From Gaiellales bacterium (lineage in GTDB: Bacteria > Actinomycetota > Thermoleophilia > Gaiellales > JAICJC01): 64,000 nt of DNA. The position numbers were made by a program, and so were the translations under genes. Position 1 is the stretch's first letter. The number at the start of each line of letters is the position of its first letter. The notes under the pieces are model-generated. The model saw only the letters and a program-made list of their open reading frames with translations, was not told the DNA's origin and did not search any database. Positions 26,912-35,162 of the stretch are shown here, one piece after another. The stretch is from assembly GCA_033856675.1 (NCBI GenBank), contig JAWVEN010000004.1:93532-157531 (forward strand). Direction: 5' to 3'.

Positions 26912-27552
26912 CCGGTGCCCTCCCGTCCAATCCACTCCTCGCCGCCCTCGAACACTTCCTTCTTCCACACCGGGACGGTCTGCTTGAGCGTGTCGATGGC
27001 CTCGCGGCAGGCGTCCATCGCCGGGCCGCGGTGGGCCGCCGAAACCGCGATCACCACGCTCGCCTCGCCGATCGGTACGTGGCCGGTGCGGTGTGCCATG
27101 GCCACGTGCAGGATGTCGTAGCGGGCCCTGATCTGCTCGGCGATCTTCGCCATCTCGGCCTCGGCCATCTCGGGATAGGCGTCGTATTCGAGATGGGTGA
27201 CAGTGCGCCCCCGGTTCGTCTCCCGGGTGGTGCCGATGAACGTCGCGATCGCGCCCGCCGCAGGATCGGCCACCTCGGCGATCACGGCGGTCACCTCCAG
27301 TGGAGCCGACTGCAGCCGAAACCCTCCACCCGAGACAGGCGGGATCACGGCCACCTCGTCGCCATCGGCGAGCGGCTGATCGCGGTTTGCGTACTCGCGG
27401 TTGCGGGCGTAGGCCAAGCCGGGGGGTTCCTCACCGAGGCCGAGCGCCTGCCACACATCCCCGACGCGCGCGCCGCTGCTGAGATCCACCTGGAGCGAGC
27501 CGGCGTCGGCGCGCTCGCGGAGGGCGGCGAACAGCCTGACAGTGATTTTCAT
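26908..27552 (-). CDS. moaX: Fused molybdopterin synthase MoaD::MoaE (MoaX-like)
   Basis: This is only the 3' 214 codons of the 832-aa ORF-track entry. MKITVRLFAALRE...VAVIPPVSGGG is MoaD with its GG motif (codons 27322-27330). It is followed directly by a MoaE domain (ATFIGTTRE...HLEYDAYPEMA...VPVWKKE). Confidence 0.85.
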   Translation of the reverse strand: MKITVRLFAALRERADAGSLQVDLSSGARVGDVWQALGLGEEPPGLAYARNREYANRDQPLADGDEVAVIPPVSGGGFRLQSAPLEVTAVIAEVADPAAGAIATFIGTTRETNRGRTVTHLEYDAYPEMAEAEMAKIAEQIRARYDILHVAMAHRTGHVPIGEASVVIAVSAAHRGPAMDACREAIDTLKQTVPVWKKEVFEGGEEWIGREGTG

Positions 27553-27651
27553 ATGGGGAACCGTAGCGGTGCGCATCGGCACGGGACCGTGCGTGCCCCA
27601 CCGCGACAGCATCGAAGCGTTCACGCGCCACCTCGCCGATAGGATGGCCGC

Positions 27652-29232
27652 ATGGAAGGGGACAACGCGGAGCGCCAGACCGACTCGGGGATTCCGATTG
27701 CGTCGTTCTACACCGCGGCGGACGCCGATGACCAGCCTGATCCGGGGCAGTTCCCGTACACGCGGGGCGTCCGCGCCGATGGCTACCGCTCCCGCCCGTG
27801 GACGATGCGCCAGTACGCCGGCTTCGGCTCGGCCGAGGAGACGAACGCACGGTTCCGGTTGCTGCTCGAGCGCGGGCAGACGGGTCTTTCGGTGGCGTTC
27901 GACCTGCCGACGCAGCTCGGCCTCGACTCCGACGCCCCACTTGCCACAGGGGAGGTGGGCCGTACCGGCGTCGCCATCGACTCGCTGGAGGACATGCGCA
28001 CGCTGCTGCAGGGCATCCCGTTGGGGGACGTCTCCACCTCGATGACGATCAACGCTCCCGCCTCGCTGCTGCTGTTGCTGTACGAGCTGGTGGCGGAGGA
28101 GCAGGGCGTGGCGCCCGAGCAGCTCTCGGGCACGGTGCAGAACGACATCCTCAAGGAGTACATCGCCCGGGGCAACTACATCTTCCCGGCTCGGCCGAGC
28201 ATGCGGCTGACCGTCGACACGTTCCGCTATTGCACCGAGCGGCTGCCCCGCTGGAACACGATCTCGATCTCCGGGTACCACATCCGGGAGGCGGGCTCGA
28301 CGGCTGCCCAGGAGCTCGCATTCACGCTGGCCAATGGCCTGGCGTACGTTGCCGCTGCGGTCGACGCCGGCCTCGAGGTCGATTCGTTCGCCCGCCGCCT
28401 GTCGTTCTTCTTCAATGCCCACAACGACTTCTTCCAGGAGGTCGCGAAGTTCCGCGCCGCCAGGATCCTCTGGGCAGAGATGATGCGCGAGCGGTTCGGC
28501 GCCGCCGACGAGCGCAGCCTGATGCTCCGGTTCCACGCCCAGACCGGTGGATCGACGCTGACCGCCCAGCAGCCCGAGAACAACATCGTCCGGGTCGCCA
28601 TCCAGGCGTTTGCCGCAGCGTGTGGCAGCGGGCAGAGCCTGCATACGAACGCATTCGACGAAGCGCTGGCGCTGCCCACCGAGCGCAGCGCCACCATCGC
28701 TCTGCGGACGCAGCAGATCCTCGCCACGGAGGCCGGCGCGACCGACACGGCCGACCCGCTGGCGGGCAGCTACTACATCGAGCGCCTGACGACGGAGCTG
28801 GCCGATCGCGCCCGGGAGATGATCGCCGAGATCGACGGGATGGGCGGAGCGGTGGAGGCCGTGGAGTCCGGATGGGTGCAGGATCAGATCGAGCAGGCGG
28901 CGTTCGATCACCACTCCCGGGTGCAGTCGGGCGAGCAGGTGATCGTCGGCGTCAACCGCTGGACCGAGGAAGGCGGCGAGCCGATCGAGCTGCACCGGCT
29001 CGACCCCGAGATCGAGCGGCGGCAGATCGAGCGCACGCAGGCCGTCCGCGCCCGCCGGGACACCGCCGCCGTCGAGTCCGCACTGGCCGCTGTCGCCCGC
29101 GCCGCGGAGGGCGAAGAGAACCTGCTCCCGTCGATGCGCGAGGCGCTGCGCGTCGAGGCAACGGTGGGCGAGGTCTGTACGGTGCTGCGCGAGCGGTGGG
29201 GCACGTACGACGCGCTGCGTGCGCGACCGTGA
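27652..29232 (+). CDS. Methylmalonyl-CoA mutase family, catalytic (TIM-barrel) large-subunit domain without B12-binding domain
   Basis: FPYTRGV, WTMRQYAGFGSAEETN and LSVAFDLPTQLGLDSD motifs. At 526 aa it ends before any B12-binding module. Confidence 0.85.
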   Translation: MEGDNAERQTDSGIPIASFYTAADADDQPDPGQFPYTRGVRADGYRSRPWTMRQYAGFGSAEETNARFRLLLERGQTGLSVAFDLPTQLGLDSDAPLATGEVGRTGVAIDSLEDMRTLLQGIPLGDVSTSMTINAPASLLLLLYELVAEEQGVAPEQLSGTVQNDILKEYIARGNYIFPARPSMRLTVDTFRYCTERLPRWNTISISGYHIREAGSTAAQELAFTLANGLAYVAAAVDAGLEVDSFARRLSFFFNAHNDFFQEVAKFRAARILWAEMMRERFGAADERSLMLRFHAQTGGSTLTAQQPENNIVRVAIQAFAAACGSGQSLHTNAFDEALALPTERSATIALRTQQILATEAGATDTADPLAGSYYIERLTTELADRAREMIAEIDGMGGAVEAVESGWVQDQIEQAAFDHHSRVQSGEQVIVGVNRWTEEGGEPIELHRLDPEIERRQIERTQAVRARRDTAAVESALAAVARAAEGEENLLPSMREALRVEATVGEVCTVLRERWGTYDALRARP

Positions 29233-29257
29233 ACCCTGTAGGTAACCTTTGCGCGCA

Positions 29258-30196
29258 ATGCCGTCCCGACTCGCCTTCATGCTCGGTACCGGCCGTTGCG
29301 GCTCCACGATCGTCGGCCAGGTCGTCGCAATGCACCCGGACGTCGGGTTCATCGCCAACGTCGACGACCGCTTCGCCGGTCTGAACCGCAAAGGTCGCCT
29401 CAACAACCGGATCTACCGGTCGCTTCCGGCAGAGCTGCAAAAGCAGGGCGGCCGCCGCGGCGGGCGGCCGCACAGCCAGATCGGCGCGGCCGTCCGAAGC
29501 GTCGCGATGACGCCGTCGGAGGGCTACAGGCTGCTCGACCGCCACGTGTCGCCGATGCTGTCGGCGCCGGTCCGCGACCTGGTCGCCGAGGACGCGTCGG
29601 CGTGGCTGTCCGCTCGGCTGCGCCGGTTCTTCGACGACCGCGCGGAGGCGCAGGGGCGCGATCTCTTCCTCCACAAGTTCACCGGCTGGCCGCGCGCGCG
29701 CCTGCTGCACGCCGTCTTCCCCGATGCCCGGCTCGTCCACGTCGTGCGCGACGGCCGCGCCGTTGCCAGCTCGCTGCTGCAGCAGCCGTGGTGGGCCGGG
29801 TTCGGCGGCCCGGAGGCGTGGAAGTTCGGGCCGCTGGCCGAGGCCGACAATGCGCTTTGGCATGAGTCGGGGCGGTCGTTCGCAGTGCTTGCCGGCCTTG
29901 AGTGGAAGCTCCTCATGGATGCGTTCGACGACACCCGCGCGGCTGTGCCCGACTCGAGCTGGCTCGAGGTGCGATACGAGGACGTCGTCACCCGGCCCCG
30001 GGACGAGATCGGCCGGTTGCTCGATCACCTCGGGTTGCACTGGACCGACGACTTCGAGCGCCTGTTCTCGGCACTCGAGATCAGTCCGGGACGCAAGGAC
30101 GCCTACCGCGACGAGTTGTCGGAGCCCGACGTCGAACTGCTCGAACGGGCACTGGAGCAGCAGCTCCGCGCTCACGGCTACACCGTCTCCGGGTGA
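29258..30196 (+). CDS. Sulfotransferase family protein
   Basis: PAPS 5'-phosphosulfate-binding loop (GTGRCGSTIVG) near the N-terminus, in a size typical of bacterial sulfotransferases. ATG at 29258, with an alternative TTG at 29249. Confidence 0.7.
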   Translation: MPSRLAFMLGTGRCGSTIVGQVVAMHPDVGFIANVDDRFAGLNRKGRLNNRIYRSLPAELQKQGGRRGGRPHSQIGAAVRSVAMTPSEGYRLLDRHVSPMLSAPVRDLVAEDASAWLSARLRRFFDDRAEAQGRDLFLHKFTGWPRARLLHAVFPDARLVHVVRDGRAVASSLLQQPWWAGFGGPEAWKFGPLAEADNALWHESGRSFAVLAGLEWKLLMDAFDDTRAAVPDSSWLEVRYEDVVTRPRDEIGRLLDHLGLHWTDDFERLFSALEISPGRKDAYRDELSEPDVELLERALEQQLRAHGYTVSG

Positions 30197-30228
30197 TACC
30201 GCCCCGTCCGAAGCGGCCCCGGCGCTCG

Positions 30229-32148
30229 ATGACGGTCGGCGGCCTGCCCGGGCTTCTGCTCGCGCTTGTCCCCGTGCTGGCAGCGATTCGCCTGGCAGGC
30301 AACGGTGGGGGCTACACGGTCGATCAGTGGGGGATCTGGGGCGTTATCACACTGATCGCGGCCGGCGTGGCGATCGTCGCCCAGCCCTGGTCGACCCTGA
30401 CAGGCGTCCAGCGCCTGCTCCCTCTCGCGCTGGTCGGGCTCGGCGCCTGGAGCCTGCTCTCGGTGAGCTGGGCTCAATGGCCGCAGAGCGCGCTTGTGGA
30501 GGCCGGCCGGTACTTCTTCTACGCGGCCGCGGCGACGCTTGGGCTGGTCGCGCTGACGGGTCAGTCGTGGCGGCGGCTGCTGGTGGCGGGCGTCGCCTTC
30601 GGCACGGCTGTGCCGGCTCTGGTGGTTGCCGCGAAGCTCTGGTCTTCCCCGAACGCGGCCTCGCTCTTCGCCGACGGGCGACTGGTGGGGAACATCGGGT
30701 ACGGCGGCGGCCTGGCGGCGGCGGTGGTGCTCGGGTTCTGGCCGTTGGTCGCGCTTGCGTCCGACCGTACGGTGCCAAGAGCGCTCCGGCCATTGGCCGC
30801 GTTCGGCGCCGGCCTGGTCTTCGCGACGGTCGTCCCCACGGAGGCCCGGGCCTCGGTCTGGGCGCTGGCACTGTCGGCGCCGGTCTTCTTCGCGCTCTGT
30901 CCAACCCCGATCCGGAGCGCCGTGATTGCACTCGGGGCAATGGTTCCGGCGCTGGCGCTCTGGTCCGACCTGAACCTGGCGTTCTCGTCGGGGCTTGCGG
31001 CCGCGAACGCGGATGTCGTCGGCGGTGCCATCGTGCGCATCGCCGTGATCTCCGCCGTCGTCGGCCTCGGGCAGGTGCTCCTCGACGAGGTGGTCGAGCT
31101 GGGCGAGGCCGGCCGGCGACTCGTCGCGGGTGGCGCGGTCGCAGTCACTCTCGTCGTGTTCGTCGGCGGTGGCACTGTGGCGCTTGCGGCGACCGACGGA
31201 AATCCCATCGCGTGGGCCCGCCACTCGCTGCAGAGGACGGTCGACCGGGTCGGCGGCGAGGCGGGGCAGTCGCCGGCCAAGGGGACGGCGGGAAGCCGTT
31301 TCGGATCGCTCGACACCGGCCGCTATGACCTGTGGAAGGTTGCCGTGCGGGGATTCCGAGCCGATCCCGCAAAGGGCGTCGGCGCGGGCAACTTCGGAGC
31401 CCTGAACGTCCGCATCGGACAGCCGTTCCTGTTTCCCTACCAGGCACACAGCCAGATGCTCGAGGAGATGTCGACGCTCGGCCTCCCCGGCCTGGCGTTG
31501 TTCCTGCTCGTGCTCGGCCTGCCGCTGGCGGCGTGCATCCGGGTGCGCAGATCGGGTGCCCCGCGCCCGGATCAGCTGCTCGCGGCGGGGATCGCCGGAT
31601 CGCTGGTCTACTTCGCCGTCCACGGGCAGGTGGACTGGATCTGGCAGATCGCCTCCGTTGCCCTCCCCGCCATCCTTCTCTCGGCGGTCGCCGTGGGGAT
31701 GCTCCCAGGGACGGCGCGGCGCCGGCGCCCGCTGTGGCTCTCAGCGCCGGCCGGGGTCGCTGCGCTGCTGGCCGCGGTCGTCCTGGTGCTCCCTGCAGCT
31801 CTGGCCGAGCGCTACCTGGAGCGCTCCTACCGTGAACCGATGGACGAGGCTGTGACGGACGTGCGCCGCGCGCAGTGGCTGGACCGCCTCTCCGGACGAC
31901 CGCATCTCGCCCTGGCCCGCGCGCGGCTTCGCAACGGCGACACCGCCGGTGCGCTCGCCGCTGCGAGACGTGCGGCCGGTGCCGAGCCGGGCTTCTGGGT
32001 GGCGTGGCAGGTGCTTACCATCGCGGCGGCGCGCGACGGACACCGCCTCGAGGCCGCGCAGGCCGAGCGCCGGGTGTCGCAACTGGCACCGAACCTCCCG
32101 CTGGAGCTGCGGGACGAGGTGCCGCCGCCCAGCTTCGATCACTACTGA
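30229..32148 (+). CDS. O-antigen ligase/polymerase-like (Wzy_C) membrane protein with C-terminal TPR-like region
   Basis: Internal ATG with about 12 TM segments. Wzy_C signature (YQAHSQMLEEMSTLGLPGLALFLL). The soluble alpha-helical tail has A/L/R-rich repeats. The ORF-track 5' extension overlaps the sulfotransferase. Confidence 0.7.
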   Translation: MTVGGLPGLLLALVPVLAAIRLAGNGGGYTVDQWGIWGVITLIAAGVAIVAQPWSTLTGVQRLLPLALVGLGAWSLLSVSWAQWPQSALVEAGRYFFYAAAATLGLVALTGQSWRRLLVAGVAFGTAVPALVVAAKLWSSPNAASLFADGRLVGNIGYGGGLAAAVVLGFWPLVALASDRTVPRALRPLAAFGAGLVFATVVPTEARASVWALALSAPVFFALCPTPIRSAVIALGAMVPALALWSDLNLAFSSGLAAANADVVGGAIVRIAVISAVVGLGQVLLDEVVELGEAGRRLVAGGAVAVTLVVFVGGGTVALAATDGNPIAWARHSLQRTVDRVGGEAGQSPAKGTAGSRFGSLDTGRYDLWKVAVRGFRADPAKGVGAGNFGALNVRIGQPFLFPYQAHSQMLEEMSTLGLPGLALFLLVLGLPLAACIRVRRSGAPRPDQLLAAGIAGSLVYFAVHGQVDWIWQIASVALPAILLSAVAVGMLPGTARRRRPLWLSAPAGVAALLAAVVLVLPAALAERYLERSYREPMDEAVTDVRRAQWLDRLSGRPHLALARARLRNGDTAGALAAARRAAGAEPGFWVAWQVLTIAAARDGHRLEAAQAERRVSQLAPNLPLELRDEVPPPSFDHY

Positions 32149-32176
32149 CCGAGGCGGCGCAGTCTACCCTTCAGGT

Positions 32177-33361
32177 GTGGGCCGTCTGGGTGTGATGGCC
32201 GCTTCGGCGGCGCTGTGCCTGGCCGTCGCCGCGTGCGACGGCGGCTCCGCCGACCCTCCACGAGCGTCCCAGCCGCCGGTCCCGACAACCACCGAGAACC
32301 CCGACGAGATGCCGCAGGTGATCGTGGATGGCGCCCGGTTCGTCGACAAGGACGGACGCACTGTGCAGCTCCGCGGCGTCAACGTGCATTCGCTCGAGCC
32401 GGCGGTCTACGAGCGTGCCCATGAGATGGGCGCCAACCTGATCCGCGTGACCGTTCCCTGGGACCAGTTCGAGCCGGCGGCCCCGGTGGGCGGCGTCAGG
32501 ACATGGGATGAGAGCAGGCTCGAGGCGCTCGACCAGCTGGTCGACTACTGCCGGCAGTACGACATCCAGGTGCTGCTCGATCTTCACCAGTACGGATGGT
32601 CGCCCTACTTCTCCCACCTCCAGTCGGGCGGCCGCGCGAACGGGATCCCAGGCTGGTTCTATACCGGTCGCCGGTTCCAGCCAACCGACGAAGGGCGCAA
32701 GCTGGCGCAGGCGCGCTTCTACGGCGATGCCCGCGGGATCGAGCTCTACTCCGGGTTTGCGGCCATGCTCGCCGAGCGGTATCTGGAGTCACCGAACGTG
32801 CTCGGCTACGAGATCCTGAACGAGCCCCCGACCGGTGTGATGCCGCGGAAGCCGTGGGTCGCGAAGCGCGTGCTCCGCTGGCAGGGCCAGATCCGCGAAG
32901 CGATCCTCCGCGTCGACCCGGTGCGCACGGTGTTCTTCATGGTGCCGCCTCGTGTCGACCTGCGGAAGGTCGACCTCTCGCCGCTGGGACGTCCCGGCGG
33001 TCTGGCCTTCGACTTCCACGACTACTACGCCGGAACCGGCGAGCGCGGCCGCACGACGCTGCAGGGCGGCGACTACGAAGGCACGGCGTTCGCCCAGGGG
33101 GCGCACCTCGAGCCGGCGGTCGGGGCCGCGAAGGGGTGGGGCGTGCCCATGATCGTCGGTGAGTGGGGCGTGTTCGCCGACACCGTCGGGGCCGACGTCT
33201 ACCAGCGCCAGATGGTGGCGCTGTTCGAGTCTGTCGGCGCCGGATGGGCCCGGTGGAGTCTCGACCGGCGCGAGCGCCTCTCGCTGCTCGGCCCGGACGG
33301 CCGGCTCAACTCTGCAGGGATTCAGCTGCGCGAGCTGATCTCAGCTGCCGCTGAACGCTAG
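32177..33361 (+). CDS. Glycoside hydrolase family 5 lipoprotein
   Basis: Lipobox (LAVAAC). GH5 acid/base (EILNEPP) and nucleophile (VGEWGVF) motifs. Start is GTG 32177 or ATG 32195. Confidence 0.75.
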   Translation: MGRLGVMAASAALCLAVAACDGGSADPPRASQPPVPTTTENPDEMPQVIVDGARFVDKDGRTVQLRGVNVHSLEPAVYERAHEMGANLIRVTVPWDQFEPAAPVGGVRTWDESRLEALDQLVDYCRQYDIQVLLDLHQYGWSPYFSHLQSGGRANGIPGWFYTGRRFQPTDEGRKLAQARFYGDARGIELYSGFAAMLAERYLESPNVLGYEILNEPPTGVMPRKPWVAKRVLRWQGQIREAILRVDPVRTVFFMVPPRVDLRKVDLSPLGRPGGLAFDFHDYYAGTGERGRTTLQGGDYEGTAFAQGAHLEPAVGAAKGWGVPMIVGEWGVFADTVGADVYQRQMVALFESVGAGWARWSLDRRERLSLLGPDGRLNSAGIQLRELISAAAER

Positions 33362-34938
33362 GCCGCACCGCGCGTCTTGCCCATCAGCGCGGGGATGGTG
33401 CGGGCGACCAGCTTGATGTCGCCCCAGAGAGTCCAGTTCGTGACGTAGAGGTAGTCGAGCACCAGCATCTCCGAGAACGGGATCTCGCTGCGCCCGAACA
33501 CCTGCCAAAGACCCGTCAACCCGGGAGTCAGGTCGAGGCGGCGAAGTCCCCAGTCAGCGACGTACTGGTGCTCGTGGGGGATCAGCGGCCGTGGGCCGAC
33601 GAGGCTCATCTGGCCTCGTAGCACGTTCCAGAGCTGCGGCAGCTCGTCGATCGAATACTTGCGGAGCACGCGGCCGACCGAGGTGACACGCGGGTCGTCG
33701 GGGATCTTGAACATGCGCGGGTCGTCGGCGAGATGGGCGTTCAGGTGCGCCAGGTCGGCCTTCCGCGCCTCTGCGTCCTCACCCATCGTGCGGAACTTGA
33801 GAATCGTGAACGGCTGCTGGCCACGGCCGATGCGAGTCTGCCGGAAGAGCACCGGGCCCTTGCTGTTCAGCTTGATCGCGATCGCGCATGCAAGGAAGAG
33901 CGGCGACAGGAGCGCAAGGCCGAGCATCGCACCGGCGATGTCGATCGATCGCTTTGCGATCCGGTGGCTCACGGAGAGCACCGGCGGCGTCAGCCCCAGC
34001 AGCGGCGTCCCGAGCAGTGAGTAGAACTGCGCCCGGCTACCCACGACCTCGAACAGACGCGGAACGATGTCGAGCTGCACGTCGAGGTCGTTGCACGTCC
34101 GCACCACGTCGAGCCCGGCGTCGTGGCCGTCTCCGGTGAAGGCGAGCATGACGTGTTCGATCGACTCGCGTTTGATGATTTCGGGCAGCTGCTCCGTCGA
34201 GCCCAGCACCGGCAGGTCTCCGAGCTCGTGGTGGAGCGGAAGCGGGTCGGCGTCGACGAAGCCGACAACCTCGAGCCCATAGCCCGGGTTGCGCCGCAGC
34301 TTCCGCGCGATCTCCTGACCGACCAGCCCCGCTCCCACGATCAGGGTCCGCTGCCGGAACGACAATCGGCTGCGGATGAACACGCGTGTGATGCCTCGCA
34401 CGACGGGCAGCAAAATCACGGCTGCAGCCCAGAAAATAATCAGCCGGCGCTCGCTCGCTTTGACGATGTCGGTGAGACGGAACGCGACGAAGGTGACCCA
34501 GACGCCAACGGTGACTGCATGGAAGAGCGGCCAGAAATCGTCAAGTGTCGTGTTGTCAGCACGCAACCGGTCGCCCTCATAGAGCCCGTACAGCCCGGCG
34601 AGCGCCATCCAGCACGGCACCGAGATCAGGAAGAGGACGAGTTCCTTGGCGGTCGTGAAGCCGGTGGCCGACGTGCCGACCACCCAGTGCACGAGCGCGA
34701 ACGTCGCGGCCAGGCCGACGACGTCGGACACGATCAGCGCACGGCGAACAAGCGTGCGCCGGGCGTGCCGCGTGAACGGCGGGCCGGCCGGTTCGACAGG
34801 CGTGATCTCTACAGTGGTCTCGACGTCGCCGTTCGTCTCGACGGGGGTGTACGCTTCGCCCTCGTCGACGGCTGTTCGGCGATCATCTCGCCTCTGTTCA
34901 TTCACAGCCAGTGCCCTCCCCTTTCCCCTGCCTCGCAC
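33358..34938 (-). CDS. Polyprenyl-phosphate glycosyl-1-phosphate transferase (priming sugar transferase, WbaP/EpsB type)
   Basis: N-terminal TM block, central NAD-like domain and the C-terminal Bac_transf motifs (FRQTRIG...PFTILKFRTM...DELPQLWNVLRGQMSLVGPRP). Confidence 0.85.
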   Translation of the reverse strand: MRGRGKGRALAVNEQRRDDRRTAVDEGEAYTPVETNGDVETTVEITPVEPAGPPFTRHARRTLVRRALIVSDVVGLAATFALVHWVVGTSATGFTTAKELVLFLISVPCWMALAGLYGLYEGDRLRADNTTLDDFWPLFHAVTVGVWVTFVAFRLTDIVKASERRLIIFWAAAVILLPVVRGITRVFIRSRLSFRQRTLIVGAGLVGQEIARKLRRNPGYGLEVVGFVDADPLPLHHELGDLPVLGSTEQLPEIIKRESIEHVMLAFTGDGHDAGLDVVRTCNDLDVQLDIVPRLFEVVGSRAQFYSLLGTPLLGLTPPVLSVSHRIAKRSIDIAGAMLGLALLSPLFLACAIAIKLNSKGPVLFRQTRIGRGQQPFTILKFRTMGEDAEARKADLAHLNAHLADDPRMFKIPDDPRVTSVGRVLRKYSIDELPQLWNVLRGQMSLVGPRPLIPHEHQYVADWGLRRLDLTPGLTGLWQVFGRSEIPFSEMLVLDYLYVTNWTLWGDIKLVARTIPALMGKTRGAA

Positions 34939-35162
34939 TATCGACCGTACCCCCCGTTCGGGTGGGCGTCAAGGCGGGCGGAAACGGTCATGGAGTGGAG
35001 CCTAGCCCGTTTGCCCAGAGTGCAGGATGCTCGATATTTCTTTGACATTGGTTGATTATGGGACTTGCCACCCAAATGGCCGCCGGTACACTGGCCTAGG
35101 GCTCTTGCTCGGGCAGGGCGCGGGCTCCGTCCCGACATGGCACCGAGGAGTGTGGGTACGAC

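Noticed and set aside
27553-29406. N-terminal ~600 aa of the 832-aa minus ORF (26908..29406)
   Set aside because: Only the last 214 codons (MoaD::MoaE) look like protein. The upstream part is antisense to the methylmalonyl-CoA mutase gene and is R/G/P/L-rich.
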